From the NCBI GenBank assembly GCA_963843145.1, contig CAWJJC010000020.1, positions 384,001 through 448,000 on the forward strand: DNA of 64,000 nt. The letters run 5' to 3'. Origin of the DNA: an uncultured delta proteobacterium. Lineage in GTDB: Bacteria > Desulfobacterota > RBG-13-43-22. Under the pieces are notes generated by a model. It worked only from the letters and a program-made list of their open reading frames with translations, did no database searches and was not told where the DNA came from. Made by a program: the position numbers and the translations under genes. Shown one piece after another: positions 20,240 through 30,391 of the stretch. How positions within the stretch are numbered: position 1 is the stretch's first letter; every line of letters begins with the position of its first letter.

Positions 20240-21118
20240 TCAACCCCATTTCTCGCGGAAACGGCTTAAGCGGTAGGAGAGCAGGACCCTGTAAACTTGC
20301 TTGGGCAAAACCCCGGTTCGTTCAGCAATCAGCGGGTGAAGAGCAGAAGATGGGGGACCGGAGGCCGACAGGTATTTCCGGTACTCATTCAGGACGGCGG
20401 TTTCCTGTTCCGAAGTTACATGGGAGACGTTTCGCACTTCTTCTCCCCGTCATGAAGAAGGTCCAGATAGCGGGAGACCACCCAGGGGTTCAAGCCGGTC
20501 TCTTGAGACGATCTGGTCTTGGATTTCCGAGAAGGAATTTTTTCCTTCCAGACGAGAAAAATAGGCCTTTTCGATGGTGAAACGCTCTTCCCGGGTCAAA
20601 TCCTCTACTTGGGCCTGCTGTTGATTCCACTGCCTCAGGGCCAGGACAACGCTCCGGGATGGAATTCCCATATCGGCGGCGATGGTCTTTCGCCTTCCGT
20701 GCGCTGGCCTCTCCAGACCCTGAACATAGATTTGATATCGGTCCACGATTTCCTGAATCTGCGCCGGGGTCAGCTCGATTTCTTCCCTCTTCCGATCGGG
20801 GGTTGGAGGTTCTCCCTGTTTGCCGGTTTTTTCTTTGGGCGCCGGCTGTACCTTCTCCTCGCTTCCCTGGCTTTCGATCTCCCTTGAAACCTCGGACCTT
20901 GGAATATCAATCGGCCCGGAGGCTGGACTTTTTACGATGGATTGTTTTGTTTTCCCCGCTGCTTTTGGCGAGGGCTCTTTTTGGGGGACCGTTTCCGATT
21001 GGGGCCTTGGTTGGCCCTTGCCGGCACATCGTTGGCATATTTTTGCCTTCTTATCCGGGGTTAAAAAACTCCGCCCACACTCCTCGCAATCCTTTCTGAA
21101 GGCCATTCCTCCGGACAT
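20240..21118 (-). CDS. Hypothetical protein with N-terminal Zn-ribbon and HTH-like segments; frameshifted ~20440-20510
   Basis: CEECG..CQRC; AGGAGG RBS; the 20240-20437 ORF continues it. Confidence 0.6.
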
Positions 21119-21155
21119 AAATTCTCCCCTCCTGCTTTTCTTTTCTTGCTGGATT

Positions 21156-21533
21156 TTAGTGCTTCAACCGGCAGGCTAGCGAACACTTTTTCGGCCAGAG
21201 GGCCCAATCTTCGGGAGGTTTACAGATCTTCTCTTCTATCCGGCGTTCCAGGTCCTCCCGGACCTCCGGATCCAACCGGAGATCGTCCAGATGGCCGCTG
21301 ACCTCTTTCCAGAAAAGACCGAATTGAAAAGACTGGAGGTCGAATTCCCGGACGGAGAGGAAGCGTTCATCCAGGGTCCCGAGCAGGAAACAATCTTCTT
21401 CCGCGGCGGTCTTGGCCCCCGGACGGCAACCGATCAGGACAGCCTCCAGCCGAACCTGCATCCTTCCGGCGCCTTCGGACATCGATCTGTTCCGCCATTC
21501 GAACCGCATAGCCGCCTCACTAAAAAACCGCAA
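21156..21533 (-). CDS. Hypothetical protein (start possibly at the downstream ATG, MRFEW)
   Basis: Co-oriented ORF filling the gap after the hdr cluster; no motif recognised. Confidence 0.45.
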   Translation of the reverse strand: MRFFSEAAMRFEWRNRSMSEGAGRMQVRLEAVLIGCRPGAKTAAEEDCFLLGTLDERFLSVREFDLQSFQFGLFWKEVSGHLDDLRLDPEVREDLERRIEEKICKPPEDWALWPKKCSLACRLKH

Positions 21534-21550
21534 ACTCAGGGCGCGGTTTT

Positions 21551-23689
21551 TTAGATTACAAAGGTCTTCGAATCCACCGGGAAGGTGAACCGATCGTAAA
21601 TCCGCTGGATCCCCTTGGCTCGGCGGACCGGGCTGATCCCCAACTGGCGGATCCTCTCCTCCACCGTCTGGCAGGTTTTGAGCAGTTGGGCCAGCATGCC
21701 CGGGCCGACGGTTTCGAACTGGATCCGTTCCGGCTCCAGACCCAGCTCGGACAGGACCTCCCGAAGATACTCCACCCGTTCCAGGGCCTTTTTGTTTCCT
21801 TCAAAGGATTTGCAGCCCTCGATCGGACAGGCCAGGACCACTACTCCGTCGGCCCCTTCCCGAAAAGCGTGCAGCACGTGATCCGGATCGATCTTCCCGG
21901 CGCAGGGGACCTTGATGAACTCAAACCCGATGGGCAGCGGTTCCCGGAACAACAGGGCCTGCTGCAGGGTCTTATCCGCTGAATTCTGGCAACAGAAGGC
22001 CACCACCTGCGGCACGATCGTGTCGAATTTCCGGTCCGTAAAATTCCCGGAGATCTCCCGGAGTACGACGGAATCATGGAAATCCTTGATCTGGATGGCA
22101 TCCATGGGACATTCGGCCGCGCAGACCCCGCAGACCTGGCAGGCCAAGGGATGGGCCTGAGGCCGGCGAAGGACGAAATGCATGGCCTGATGGGGACAGG
22201 ATCGGACGCACGTCAGACAAATGGTGCACTTCTTGCGGTCGACTCGAACCCGCGACTCCACCTCTTGAATCCCCCGGCCGATCAATGCCGCGGCGGACAG
22301 GACCGCTTCCTCCACTTCGGCCCGTATTTCCTCCGGGTCGGCGAAAGGCCGACGGCTGCCGCCCACTACATAAATTCCCGGGCGGGGGGCCCGGACCGGC
22401 AGGGCGTAAACCTGATCCGGAGCCATAAATCCCTTTTGATCCAGCGGCGTCTCCAGGATAGGGGAGAGTTCCTTCAGCCAGGGGTGGGGAAGCAGGTCTT
22501 CCTCCACCACGATGACCTGCGGTTTTAAGATCAGCGTGCGGTCGATGATCTCATCGAAAAACTCCACCTGGAGATCGGCCTCCGTCGCTTTCACGACCGG
22601 AAGATGACCGGTGAAGCGGAAGAAAATGACCCCTTCCTCACGGGCCCGGGTTGACTCCCGCTCCAAACCCTCAGCGGCCACCTTCAGGTTTCCCGACAGG
22701 AAATAGACCTGGGTATTTTCCAGCCCCTGGACTTTTCGGGCGTTACTCAGGGCCCTGGCCAGCACCGGAGGACCGGACTCGGACGCCAGACCCGACAGGA
22801 AAACGATCTCGGTCTGCTCTCCCTGGGGAATCAATTTTTCCCGGTACTCCGGTGAACGTAACAGGGTTTCCAGTTGGTCCAAGGAAAGGACCCGGCGGGA
22901 GGGTTTCAGGCCGAAGGCTTCAAAATTGGGCTTCACTTCCGGCGCCAGGGCGACCAGGACAGCCCCCACCGCTTCTTCCTGAATCCGGTCTTCCCCATCC
23001 AGGTAGCGAACCGTAAAACGCCCGACCTGACCTTCCAGGCTGAGGAGTTTGACCTCGCTCACCAGGCGAAACCCCGGCAGGGCGGTCAATTCGGAGAGGG
23101 ATCCGTCCTCCCCCTCCACCCCGGAGACCTGATCATAATACCCGTCCCGGTCGGATTCCTTGCCGTCCACCAGGACCAGCGCCTCATATCCGAGCCGGAC
23201 GGTTTCCCTGGCGGCCAGCCGTCCCATCGGCCCGCTTCCTAAAATCAACAGGCGGGGAATGGTTTCCACCTGTTCCCGGATCGGGGTCTCGGCGGATGGC
23301 AACCGCAGGAGGGCCTGTTTCAGTAAAAGGATGGATCGTTCCCGGACCAGTTCCGGTTCCGCTGCGGTCCCCCTGAAAACCGGTCGCACATTCACCATGA
23401 ACACTTGATCGGGATGAAGGCCCAGGCGGGTCGCCTCCTTTTGGAAAAAGCCGGATCGGTTCGACCCCCGGTCGGAGACAAAGACCAGCCGGGACAGATC
23501 ATGGGTTCGGATCTCCTGCTCCAGCCGTCCGGCGCTGGCCTCCCAGTGGTCTTCGAACAGGTCCTCCACGACCTTCACCCCGGGGAAGGAACCGGCCAGC
23601 ATTTTTAAATCCTCGCTGCCCGGTGTATCCGGCATTCTCTTTTCTTTATGGTAAAGAAAGACGCCGATCTTCGGTTCTACATCTAGCAT
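21551..23689 (-). CDS. HdrA-like / ferredoxin / MvhD fusion (QmoB-like architecture)
   Basis: ATG 23689; degenerate HdrA body, CTICLTCVRSCP, CQVCGVCAAECP, C-terminal VVAFCC..VPCAGKID..LACPIEGCKSFEGN. Confidence 0.85.
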   Translation of the reverse strand: MLDVEPKIGVFLYHKEKRMPDTPGSEDLKMLAGSFPGVKVVEDLFEDHWEASAGRLEQEIRTHDLSRLVFVSDRGSNRSGFFQKEATRLGLHPDQVFMVNVRPVFRGTAAEPELVRERSILLLKQALLRLPSAETPIREQVETIPRLLILGSGPMGRLAARETVRLGYEALVLVDGKESDRDGYYDQVSGVEGEDGSLSELTALPGFRLVSEVKLLSLEGQVGRFTVRYLDGEDRIQEEAVGAVLVALAPEVKPNFEAFGLKPSRRVLSLDQLETLLRSPEYREKLIPQGEQTEIVFLSGLASESGPPVLARALSNARKVQGLENTQVYFLSGNLKVAAEGLERESTRAREEGVIFFRFTGHLPVVKATEADLQVEFFDEIIDRTLILKPQVIVVEEDLLPHPWLKELSPILETPLDQKGFMAPDQVYALPVRAPRPGIYVVGGSRRPFADPEEIRAEVEEAVLSAAALIGRGIQEVESRVRVDRKKCTICLTCVRSCPHQAMHFVLRRPQAHPLACQVCGVCAAECPMDAIQIKDFHDSVVLREISGNFTDRKFDTIVPQVVAFCCQNSADKTLQQALLFREPLPIGFEFIKVPCAGKIDPDHVLHAFREGADGVVVLACPIEGCKSFEGNKKALERVEYLREVLSELGLEPERIQFETVGPGMLAQLLKTCQTVEERIRQLGISPVRRAKGIQRIYDRFTFPVDSKTFVI

Positions 23690-24951
23690 GGAAACACTCC
23701 TAAATAATCGGCCACCATACGGGCCGCTCGGCCACCGTCGGCAGCGGATTGAGCGATATCCATGGGACCGGTCACCGTGCCCACCGTAAAAATCCCCTCT
23801 TCGGGATGATCCTTTAAGAATCCGTCCACTGTTCGGGGAAGCTGGAACCATTTGGCCCACTGTTCATTTTCCGCTGAAGGCATGAGGCCGACGGAGAGGA
23901 CCAACAGGTCAAAAACCTCTTCCCGGGGCGGCCCCCCGCCTTCCGGCTGATAGCCCAGGGCGATCCGGTCATCCGCGGCGGGATTGATGCTGCCCGGTAT
24001 GCCCCGAATCAGGGTCAGGCTGTCTTTGGCCTCCTCGTAAGCGGGGATAAAATCCTTTCCGAAGTTCTGGAGGTCCATGTAGAAGACATAGGGGTCCATT
24101 TCCGGCCAGCGATGCTTCAGGGCCTTGCCCATGCGCAGGGCGTAACCGCAGCAGACCCGGGAACAGAAGGGATGATCCAGGGTCAAATCCCTGGAGCCCA
24201 CACACTGGATGAAGGCCAGACGCTCCGGTCTCCGTCCGTCCGATGGGCGGCGGACATCCCCTTCCAGCCGGATCATCCGTTCCAATTCCAGGGCGGTAAT
24301 CACATTGGGGAGGATTCCGTACCCCAACCGAGGTTTATCCCGGGGATCAAAAGGGGTATAGCCGGTCGCCACTACCAGAGACTGGACCGGAAACCGATGG
24401 GCCACGGGCGGACGATCCAGGTCAATCGCCTGCTCCGGACAATTCTCCTGACAAAGCCGGGCGTGAGGGTCTTTAAAATAAAGGCAGTGGGCCCGTTGAA
24501 TGGAATACAAGGGATGGGTTACCGAGGAAGGAAGGCCTTTGACGATAGCCCCATCGTCCACCGCCGGGCAGACCTCGTAGCAATGGCCGCAATTGTTGCA
24601 ACGCTCGGGATCGATAAAGGCGGCCTCCTGATCGATGGTTACCATGAACCCCCCGGCGCTCAAGGGTTCGGCTTGCTGCAGCCTGGCCCGAGTCAGGATT
24701 TCGATCCCGGGTTGCCGGACCACCTCGGTCAACCGCTCTTCCACCAGGCAGTAGTTGCATTTTTCACAGGTCTCGGTGGCCTTGCAGAAAAAATTCAGGG
24801 CCTGGCCCCCGATGGAGGGATTTTTTTCCACTACCGTTACGGAAAGTCCCATCCTGCTCAAATGGTCGGCGCAGGAAAGGCCGGCGATCCCGCCGCCAAT
24901 GATCAACACTCTTTTTAAGTCTTTATGATCGGGTTGCGATGGTGCCGTCAA
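23683..24951 (-). CDS. hdrA: Short HdrA-like FAD/Fe-S protein
   Basis: [39 protein letters not shown]. Confidence 0.85.
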   Translation of the reverse strand: MTAPSQPDHKDLKRVLIIGGGIAGLSCADHLSRMGLSVTVVEKNPSIGGQALNFFCKATETCEKCNYCLVEERLTEVVRQPGIEILTRARLQQAEPLSAGGFMVTIDQEAAFIDPERCNNCGHCYEVCPAVDDGAIVKGLPSSVTHPLYSIQRAHCLYFKDPHARLCQENCPEQAIDLDRPPVAHRFPVQSLVVATGYTPFDPRDKPRLGYGILPNVITALELERMIRLEGDVRRPSDGRRPERLAFIQCVGSRDLTLDHPFCSRVCCGYALRMGKALKHRWPEMDPYVFYMDLQNFGKDFIPAYEEAKDSLTLIRGIPGSINPAADDRIALGYQPEGGGPPREEVFDLLVLSVGLMPSAENEQWAKWFQLPRTVDGFLKDHPEEGIFTVGTVTGPMDIAQSAADGGRAARMVADYLGVFPC

Positions 24952-24966
24952 AAGAATCCTCCGTTC

Positions 24967-25854
24967 TTACGAAATCCCTGCTTTCGTCATGATCTCTGGT
25001 AGTCGATGTTCCTGCCCCATGGCCATCAGGTGGACGCCGTCCCCCAGGTTCTGCGCCTTGATTTCTTTGATTAGATTGACCGTCAACTCCAGGGCCCTTT
25101 GGGGGCCTTCGCTTTCGCCGGCCTGGCGAAGCGGGTCAATCAAGGACGCCGGCACCAGCACACCAGGCAAAGAGCCGTCCCGGTAGCCGGTTATTTCCTC
25201 CCAGGTGAGCAGACGAACACCGATGATCACTTTGGCCTCAAACTTTCGGGCATAGTGAATGAACTCCTTAAGCCGGTCGAGTTCAAAGACGGCCTGGCTT
25301 TGAAAAAAATCCAGCCCGATTTCCGCCTTTTTAGTAAACTTCAACAATTGCGGTTCCGGCGGGTCAGCCTCGGGCGTAACCACGCCGCCCAGGCAATACG
25401 TCGGGGCGCCGATCAGGGCGTTGTCGTTCAGGTCTTTCCCGCCCATCATTCCTTTGAGCATTTTCAGGGCCTGGACCGAATCCAGATCATACACCGGCTT
25501 GCTTTCCTTATGATCGCCATGGGTGGTATGGTCCCCGGTCATACAGAGGATGTTGAAGATCCCCAGGCCGGCCGCCCCCAGAGCCTCGGAGGCCAGGGCG
25601 ATCCGGTTTTTATCGCGACAGGCCAGATTGAGTATCGGTTCCCCGCCGGCCTGTTTGGTCAGAAGGCAGGCGGCCAGGGCGCTCATCCGCATGACGCCCC
25701 CGCGATTGTCCGAGAGGTTAATGCCGTCCACCCGGTCTTTGAGGGTTTGCACCTGCCGGACCAACTCCCCGGACTCCACCCCCTTGGGGGGATCGAGCTC
25801 CACCGTCACCAAAAATTTTCCGGACTTCAGGGCTTCCTGGAATGACTTAGGCAT
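24967..25854 (-). CDS. metF: Methylenetetrahydrofolate reductase
   Basis: VTVELDPPKG, CRDKNRIAL, NILCMTGD, VYDLDS, FFQSQAVF, DGVHLMA; ATG 25854. Confidence 0.9.
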   Translation of the reverse strand: MPKSFQEALKSGKFLVTVELDPPKGVESGELVRQVQTLKDRVDGINLSDNRGGVMRMSALAACLLTKQAGGEPILNLACRDKNRIALASEALGAAGLGIFNILCMTGDHTTHGDHKESKPVYDLDSVQALKMLKGMMGGKDLNDNALIGAPTYCLGGVVTPEADPPEPQLLKFTKKAEIGLDFFQSQAVFELDRLKEFIHYARKFEAKVIIGVRLLTWEEITGYRDGSLPGVLVPASLIDPLRQAGESEGPQRALELTVNLIKEIKAQNLGDGVHLMAMGQEHRLPEIMTKAGIS

Positions 25855-26527
25855 GGGATTCAAATCTCCTCTTGTAGGCGGCGTGGGTTTGATAGGCCGG
25901 AGTCGTCCGGCGATCATAACGGCCGGGCTCCAGGGTCCGACGGATTTGGTCCAGGCGGCCGGTTTTTTCCAAACGCTGGTAGATCAAGGTCCAGGCGCAG
26001 GGCTTCTCCGTATCCACTTCGCATTTCCCCCGAACGGTTCCTCCGCAGGGACCGTTGAGCAATCCCTTGGCGCAGATGGTCTTGGGGCAAATCCCCCCGG
26101 TCACATCCAGGACGCACTCGTGGCAGGCCCGGCAGCGTTCGGTCCAGAATCCGACCTCCTCATTCACCCCAATGAAGGTGGTATCCACCCCCGGAAATAC
26201 CGGTTTCTGGTCGTACATTTCAGCCAAAAATTGAATGCCCGCCCCGCAGGCCAGAGAAAGAACGGCCTCGCAGTCCTCGATCGGATCTTTCAGTTCGCTT
26301 AGAAATTCCCGGTCACACTGTCGCTCGACGGTGGCCTCGCCGATCATCAGGGATCGTCCTTTGATCTGGGAGGCAATGGACAACTCGGCGGCCAGCAAAC
26401 CGACTTCCTTTTCCCCGCCGGTCAGGCAAACGGCCACACAGGTGCCGCAGCCGGCGATCAGCACTTTCTTATAAGGGGCCAGCATGGCCTCAATCTCAGC
26501 AAATGGTTTTCTCTCGGCAACGATCAT
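25847..26527 (-). CDS. metV: MTHFR small subunit (MTHFR_C Fe-S/Zn protein)
   Basis: GCGTCVAVCLTGG, ERQC, ACGAG, CRACHEC..GGICP..CAKGLLNGPCGG..GKCEVD..CAW. Confidence 0.9.
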   Translation of the reverse strand: MIVAERKPFAEIEAMLAPYKKVLIAGCGTCVAVCLTGGEKEVGLLAAELSIASQIKGRSLMIGEATVERQCDREFLSELKDPIEDCEAVLSLACGAGIQFLAEMYDQKPVFPGVDTTFIGVNEEVGFWTERCRACHECVLDVTGGICPKTICAKGLLNGPCGGTVRGKCEVDTEKPCAWTLIYQRLEKTGRLDQIRRTLEPGRYDRRTTPAYQTHAAYKRRFESHA

Positions 26528-26542
26528 AGTGCACTCCTTCAG

Positions 26543-27043
26543 TTAGTCCTTGGCCTGTTGGGCCTCAACGACCGTCAGGGGTCGGGGCATCGATCCACAT
26601 TCCATCATCCTTTTCCGAATCGGATTCGGCCCCAGCGACAGGGCCCGTTCGGTCATTTCTCGGACGGCCCTGGCCCAGTTGGGGGCATCGGAGGCCCCGA
26701 TGTGATACATCTCCAGCCGACGGCCATCCAGACCGATTTCATCCAGCAGTTGTTGGGTATAGGCCACTCTTTCTTTCGCTCTGAGATTTCCTTCCAGGAA
26801 ATGGCAGTCGCCGATTTCTCAGCCTCCGACCAGGATGGCGTCCGCGCCGGCTTCAAAGGTTTTCAGCAGATGAATGACGTCTACCTTGCCGGTACAGAGC
26901 AACTTGACAATCCGGACATTGTGCGGATACTGGAGGCGCATGGATCCGGCCATGTCGGCGGCGGTATAGGTACAGTAAGTACAGACCATGGCGATGATCT
27001 TTGGTTCATAGCCGGGCCTGGGATTAAGAGCGCCGTTTTGCAT
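26543..27043 (-). CDS. mvhD: MvhD [2Fe-2S] subunit, selenocysteine-containing
   Basis: CTYC, CTGKVD, in-frame TGA 26819-26821 in LVGG-U-EIGDCHFLEGN joins two ORF pieces; ends LGPNPIR. Confidence 0.92.
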
Positions 27044-27092
27044 AAAAGTTTTTCCTCCCCTTTGGGGTTCAAGTGGCTATCAAAGGCCTTTT

Positions 27093-30000
27093 TCAGGCTT
27101 CCGGGAAAACGCTGCCCCAGCTCCTGGCCGTTCCTCCCCATTCGAACAAGGCCGTTTCTTTGGCCATGATCTGGTCATCCCGCTGGTTTTGAACCTGAAT
27201 CAGCTTGCGGGGACAGGCGCTGGCGCAGTTTCCGCAGCCCTGACAGGCGGCCGGATTGATCTCGATCATCCCCTCTTCATTCACCTGGGGTACGCCGAAG
27301 GGACAGGTGCGCACGCAGGTCAGGCAGACGATACAGCGCTCCTGGTCTACTACGGCCACCTGGCCCCCGACGCTGATTTGTTCCTGGGCCAGGACCGTGG
27401 CGGCCCGGGCCGCGGCCCCCTTGGCCTGGGAGATACTCTCTTCCAGGGACTTGGGGCCATGCCCTAAACCGCAAAGAAACATACCGGCATTGGCAAAATC
27501 CAGAGGCCTCAGTTTGATGTGGGCCTCCAGGAAAAAACCGTCGGCATCCAGCGGCAGTTTCAAAAGGGAAGCGAAGCCTTTGGCTTCCGGGGCCGGTCGG
27601 ACAGCGGCCGAAAGGACCAGGCGGTCCGGACGAAAAACAATTCCGATCTTCAGGTTTTGATCCAGGACCTTGACCTCCAGCTTCCCCTCTTCAACCGTTA
27701 CCTCCGGTTTGGCCTCCGGTTCAAAGCGAACAAAGCGCACCCCGGCCTCTCGGGCCTTTTTGTAAAACAGTTCCTTCTGTCCATAGGTGCGCATATCCCG
27801 ATAGAGGACGATCACCTCGGTCCGGGGGCTGAGCTCTTTTATTTTCAGGGCATTGGCCACGGCCGTGGAACAGCAGACCCGGCTGCAATAGGGATGCGCT
27901 TCCTCCCGGGAACCCACGCACTGGATCATGACCACTTGTTTGACCTGGGAAACCATTTCCGGTTCTCGGCTTAACCACTGGTGAAGTTCCAACTGCGTCT
28001 GCACCCGAGGATCCTGACCATAGGCGTATTCCTCCGGTGTATACTCGCTGCCGCCGGTAGCGACCACTACCGCACCGTATTCCAAAACATCTTTTTGGCC
28101 CTGGTGTTCTATATTACTTTTGAACTTCCCGATGTGTCCTTGGACGTCCAGCAGCTTCGTTTGGGTCAGGAGGCGTACCTTGGGGTGGTCTTGTATCTGG
28201 CCGATCAGTCGTTGCAGGTATTCGTTGACATCAAACCCCTCCAGCGTGAAGGCCAGACGAAGGGCATTGCCTCCCAGCCGATCACTTTTTTCGACCAAAT
28301 AGGTTTCAAATCCCTGATCGGCCAGATTGAGGGCCGCGGTCATCCCGGCCACCCCGCCTCCGACCACCAAGGCTTTCTGATTCACCTGAAAAGGGATCTC
28401 GTACAACGGTTCGAGGAGCTGGGCCCGGGCCACGGACATGCGCACCAGGTCCTGGGCTTTTTCCGTGGCTATCTCCGGATCGGCCTGGTGGACCCAGGAA
28501 CACTGGTCCCGGATGTTGGCCATCTCAAAGAGGTACTTGTTCAAGCCGGCCTTGCGCAGGGTCTCCTGGAAAAGGCCTTCATGGGTCCGGGGGGAACAGG
28601 AGGCGACGATTACCCGATTCAGACCCTCTTCCTGAATGACCTGCTGCATCCTATCCTGACTGTCCGTGGAACAGGTAAAGAGAAAGTGGTCGGCGTAAAC
28701 CACCCCCGGCAGCGTTTTAGCATATTCGGTGACCTTCTCCACGTCCACGATCCCGGCGATGTTGATCCCGCAGTGGCAGATCAGGACCCCGATCCGGGGT
28801 TCTTCCCCCTGGACGCCCCGTTCCTCCGGAAAAACCATCTCTGAAATTTGAGTCCCCCGCGCCTCGGAGAGCAGGGCCGCCGCTTCGGCGGCCGCTCCGC
28901 TGGCCTGGGTAACGGTCTCGGGGATATCCTTGGGATTTTGAAAGACCCCGCTGACAAAGATCCCCGGTTGGGAGGTACCGACAATATTAAATTCCGGGGT
29001 CTGACAAAAACCAAACCGGTCGATTTGCACACCCAGGGTCTTGGCCAGGGCCAAGGCCTCGGAGTGCGGCTTCAGGCCCACCGAAAGAATCACCAGATCA
29101 AAGGTCTCGGTCTGGAAGGCATCCTGCTCGTCGATATACGCTATCTGTAAATCATGAGTCCGGGGGTTTTCCGTAACCCGGGAAATATGACTTCGGACAT
29201 AGCGAACGCCTTGATCCTGTTTCGCCCGTTCATAATAGCGGTCAAAACCCTTCCCTTGGGCCCGGATATCAATAAAAAAGATGGTGGGTTCCACGGCGGG
29301 AATATGTTCTTTGGATATGACCGCCTGTTTGGTGGCATACATGCAGCAGACATAAGAACAATAATCGTTCCCGATGGAGGCGTCGCGGGACCCGACGCAT
29401 TGGATCCAGGCGATTTTTAGCGGTTCCTTTTGATCCGAGGGCCGAGCGATATGTCCTTGAAAGGGACCGCCGGCGGATAGGAGGCGTTCATATTCCAGAC
29501 TGGTCAGGACATTCGGATACCGACCATGACCGAATTCCGGCTTCAGGTCGGCGTTGAAGGTCTCAAAACCCGGAGACAGAATGATCGCGCCGACTTCCAA
29601 TTCGACGATCTCATCTTTCTGGGAATGATTAATCGCCTGGCTTTCACAAAATTCCGTACAGACTTGGCAGCCGCCGGTCTTAAAGTGCAGACAGGTCTGG
29701 GGATCAATGGTCGGTGTATTGGGAACGGCCTGGGGAAAGGGAATATAAATAGGCTTTCGACTGCCTAATCCCATATTGAATTCCGAAGGGATCAGGGCGG
29801 TTTCGAGTTTGGTTACCTGCTGCCGAATTTTTTCGATGGAAATATGGCCAGTAGGGCAAACCGAAGCACAGGCGCCACAGGCCAGGCACATATCGGTCTG
29901 AAGATGAAAGGGGGTATCCACTTTCATGCCCAGACCCCGCCCGGTCAGGCTGATGGCGCTATTCCCAATTTTTTCGCACATCCGAACGCACAGTCCGCAG

Positions 30001-30377
30001 AGAATACAGGTGTCCGTCTCTTCTTTAAATCGCGAGGCCTCCAGGCCGTATTCTTTGGCCAGTTTCTGAAGCAGCGGCACCTCGGAACACCGGGCCAGGA
30101 GCAATTCCACGATAAGCTGGCGGCCCTGCCGAACGGCTGGGGTCTCGGTCTGGACCTCCAACCCTTTCCAAATAGGGTAGTTACAGGCGGTGACAAACCG
30201 TGTTTTTCGGCCGTCGAAAATTTCTACCGTACAGAGACGGCACATTCCGGCAGGTTCCAGGGCCTTATGAAAACAGAGCGTCGGAATTCTAACCCCGTAT
30301 TTTTCAGCAACCTGAAGGATCGTCTGTCCTGCTTCTCCCTGAACCGGCTTATCGTTGAGCTTGAAGGCTATCATCAT
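27093..30377 (-). CDS. hdrA: Fusion of NuoG/HoxU-like Fe-S N-terminus with a double HdrA lacking its first ~130 aa
   Basis: IPTLCFH..GMCRLCTVE..TAC [2Fe-2S]; CILCGLCVRMC; CLACGACASVCP; then PSEFNMGLGSRKPIYIPFPQAVP and the HdrA body. Confidence 0.9.
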   Translation of the reverse strand: MMIAFKLNDKPVQGEAGQTILQVAEKYGVRIPTLCFHKALEPAGMCRLCTVEIFDGRKTRFVTACNYPIWKGLEVQTETPAVRQGRQLIVELLLARCSEVPLLQKLAKEYGLEASRFKEETDTCILCGLCVRMCEKIGNSAISLTGRGLGMKVDTPFHLQTDMCLACGACASVCPTGHISIEKIRQQVTKLETALIPSEFNMGLGSRKPIYIPFPQAVPNTPTIDPQTCLHFKTGGCQVCTEFCESQAINHSQKDEIVELEVGAIILSPGFETFNADLKPEFGHGRYPNVLTSLEYERLLSAGGPFQGHIARPSDQKEPLKIAWIQCVGSRDASIGNDYCSYVCCMYATKQAVISKEHIPAVEPTIFFIDIRAQGKGFDRYYERAKQDQGVRYVRSHISRVTENPRTHDLQIAYIDEQDAFQTETFDLVILSVGLKPHSEALALAKTLGVQIDRFGFCQTPEFNIVGTSQPGIFVSGVFQNPKDIPETVTQASGAAAEAAALLSEARGTQISEMVFPEERGVQGEEPRIGVLICHCGINIAGIVDVEKVTEYAKTLPGVVYADHFLFTCSTDSQDRMQQVIQEEGLNRVIVASCSPRTHEGLFQETLRKAGLNKYLFEMANIRDQCSWVHQADPEIATEKAQDLVRMSVARAQLLEPLYEIPFQVNQKALVVGGGVAGMTAALNLADQGFETYLVEKSDRLGGNALRLAFTLEGFDVNEYLQRLIGQIQDHPKVRLLTQTKLLDVQGHIGKFKSNIEHQGQKDVLEYGAVVVATGGSEYTPEEYAYGQDPRVQTQLELHQWLSREPEMVSQVKQVVMIQCVGSREEAHPYCSRVCCSTAVANALKIKELSPRTEVIVLYRDMRTYGQKELFYKKAREAGVRFVRFEPEAKPEVTVEEGKLEVKVLDQNLKIGIVFRPDRLVLSAAVRPAPEAKGFASLLKLPLDADGFFLEAHIKLRPLDFANAGMFLCGLGHGPKSLEESISQAKGAAARAATVLAQEQISVGGQVAVVDQERCIVCLTCVRTCPFGVPQVNEEGMIEINPAACQGCGNCASACPRKLIQVQNQRDDQIMAKETALFEWGGTARSWGSVFPEA

Positions 30378-30391
30378 GGGATTCCCTGTAT

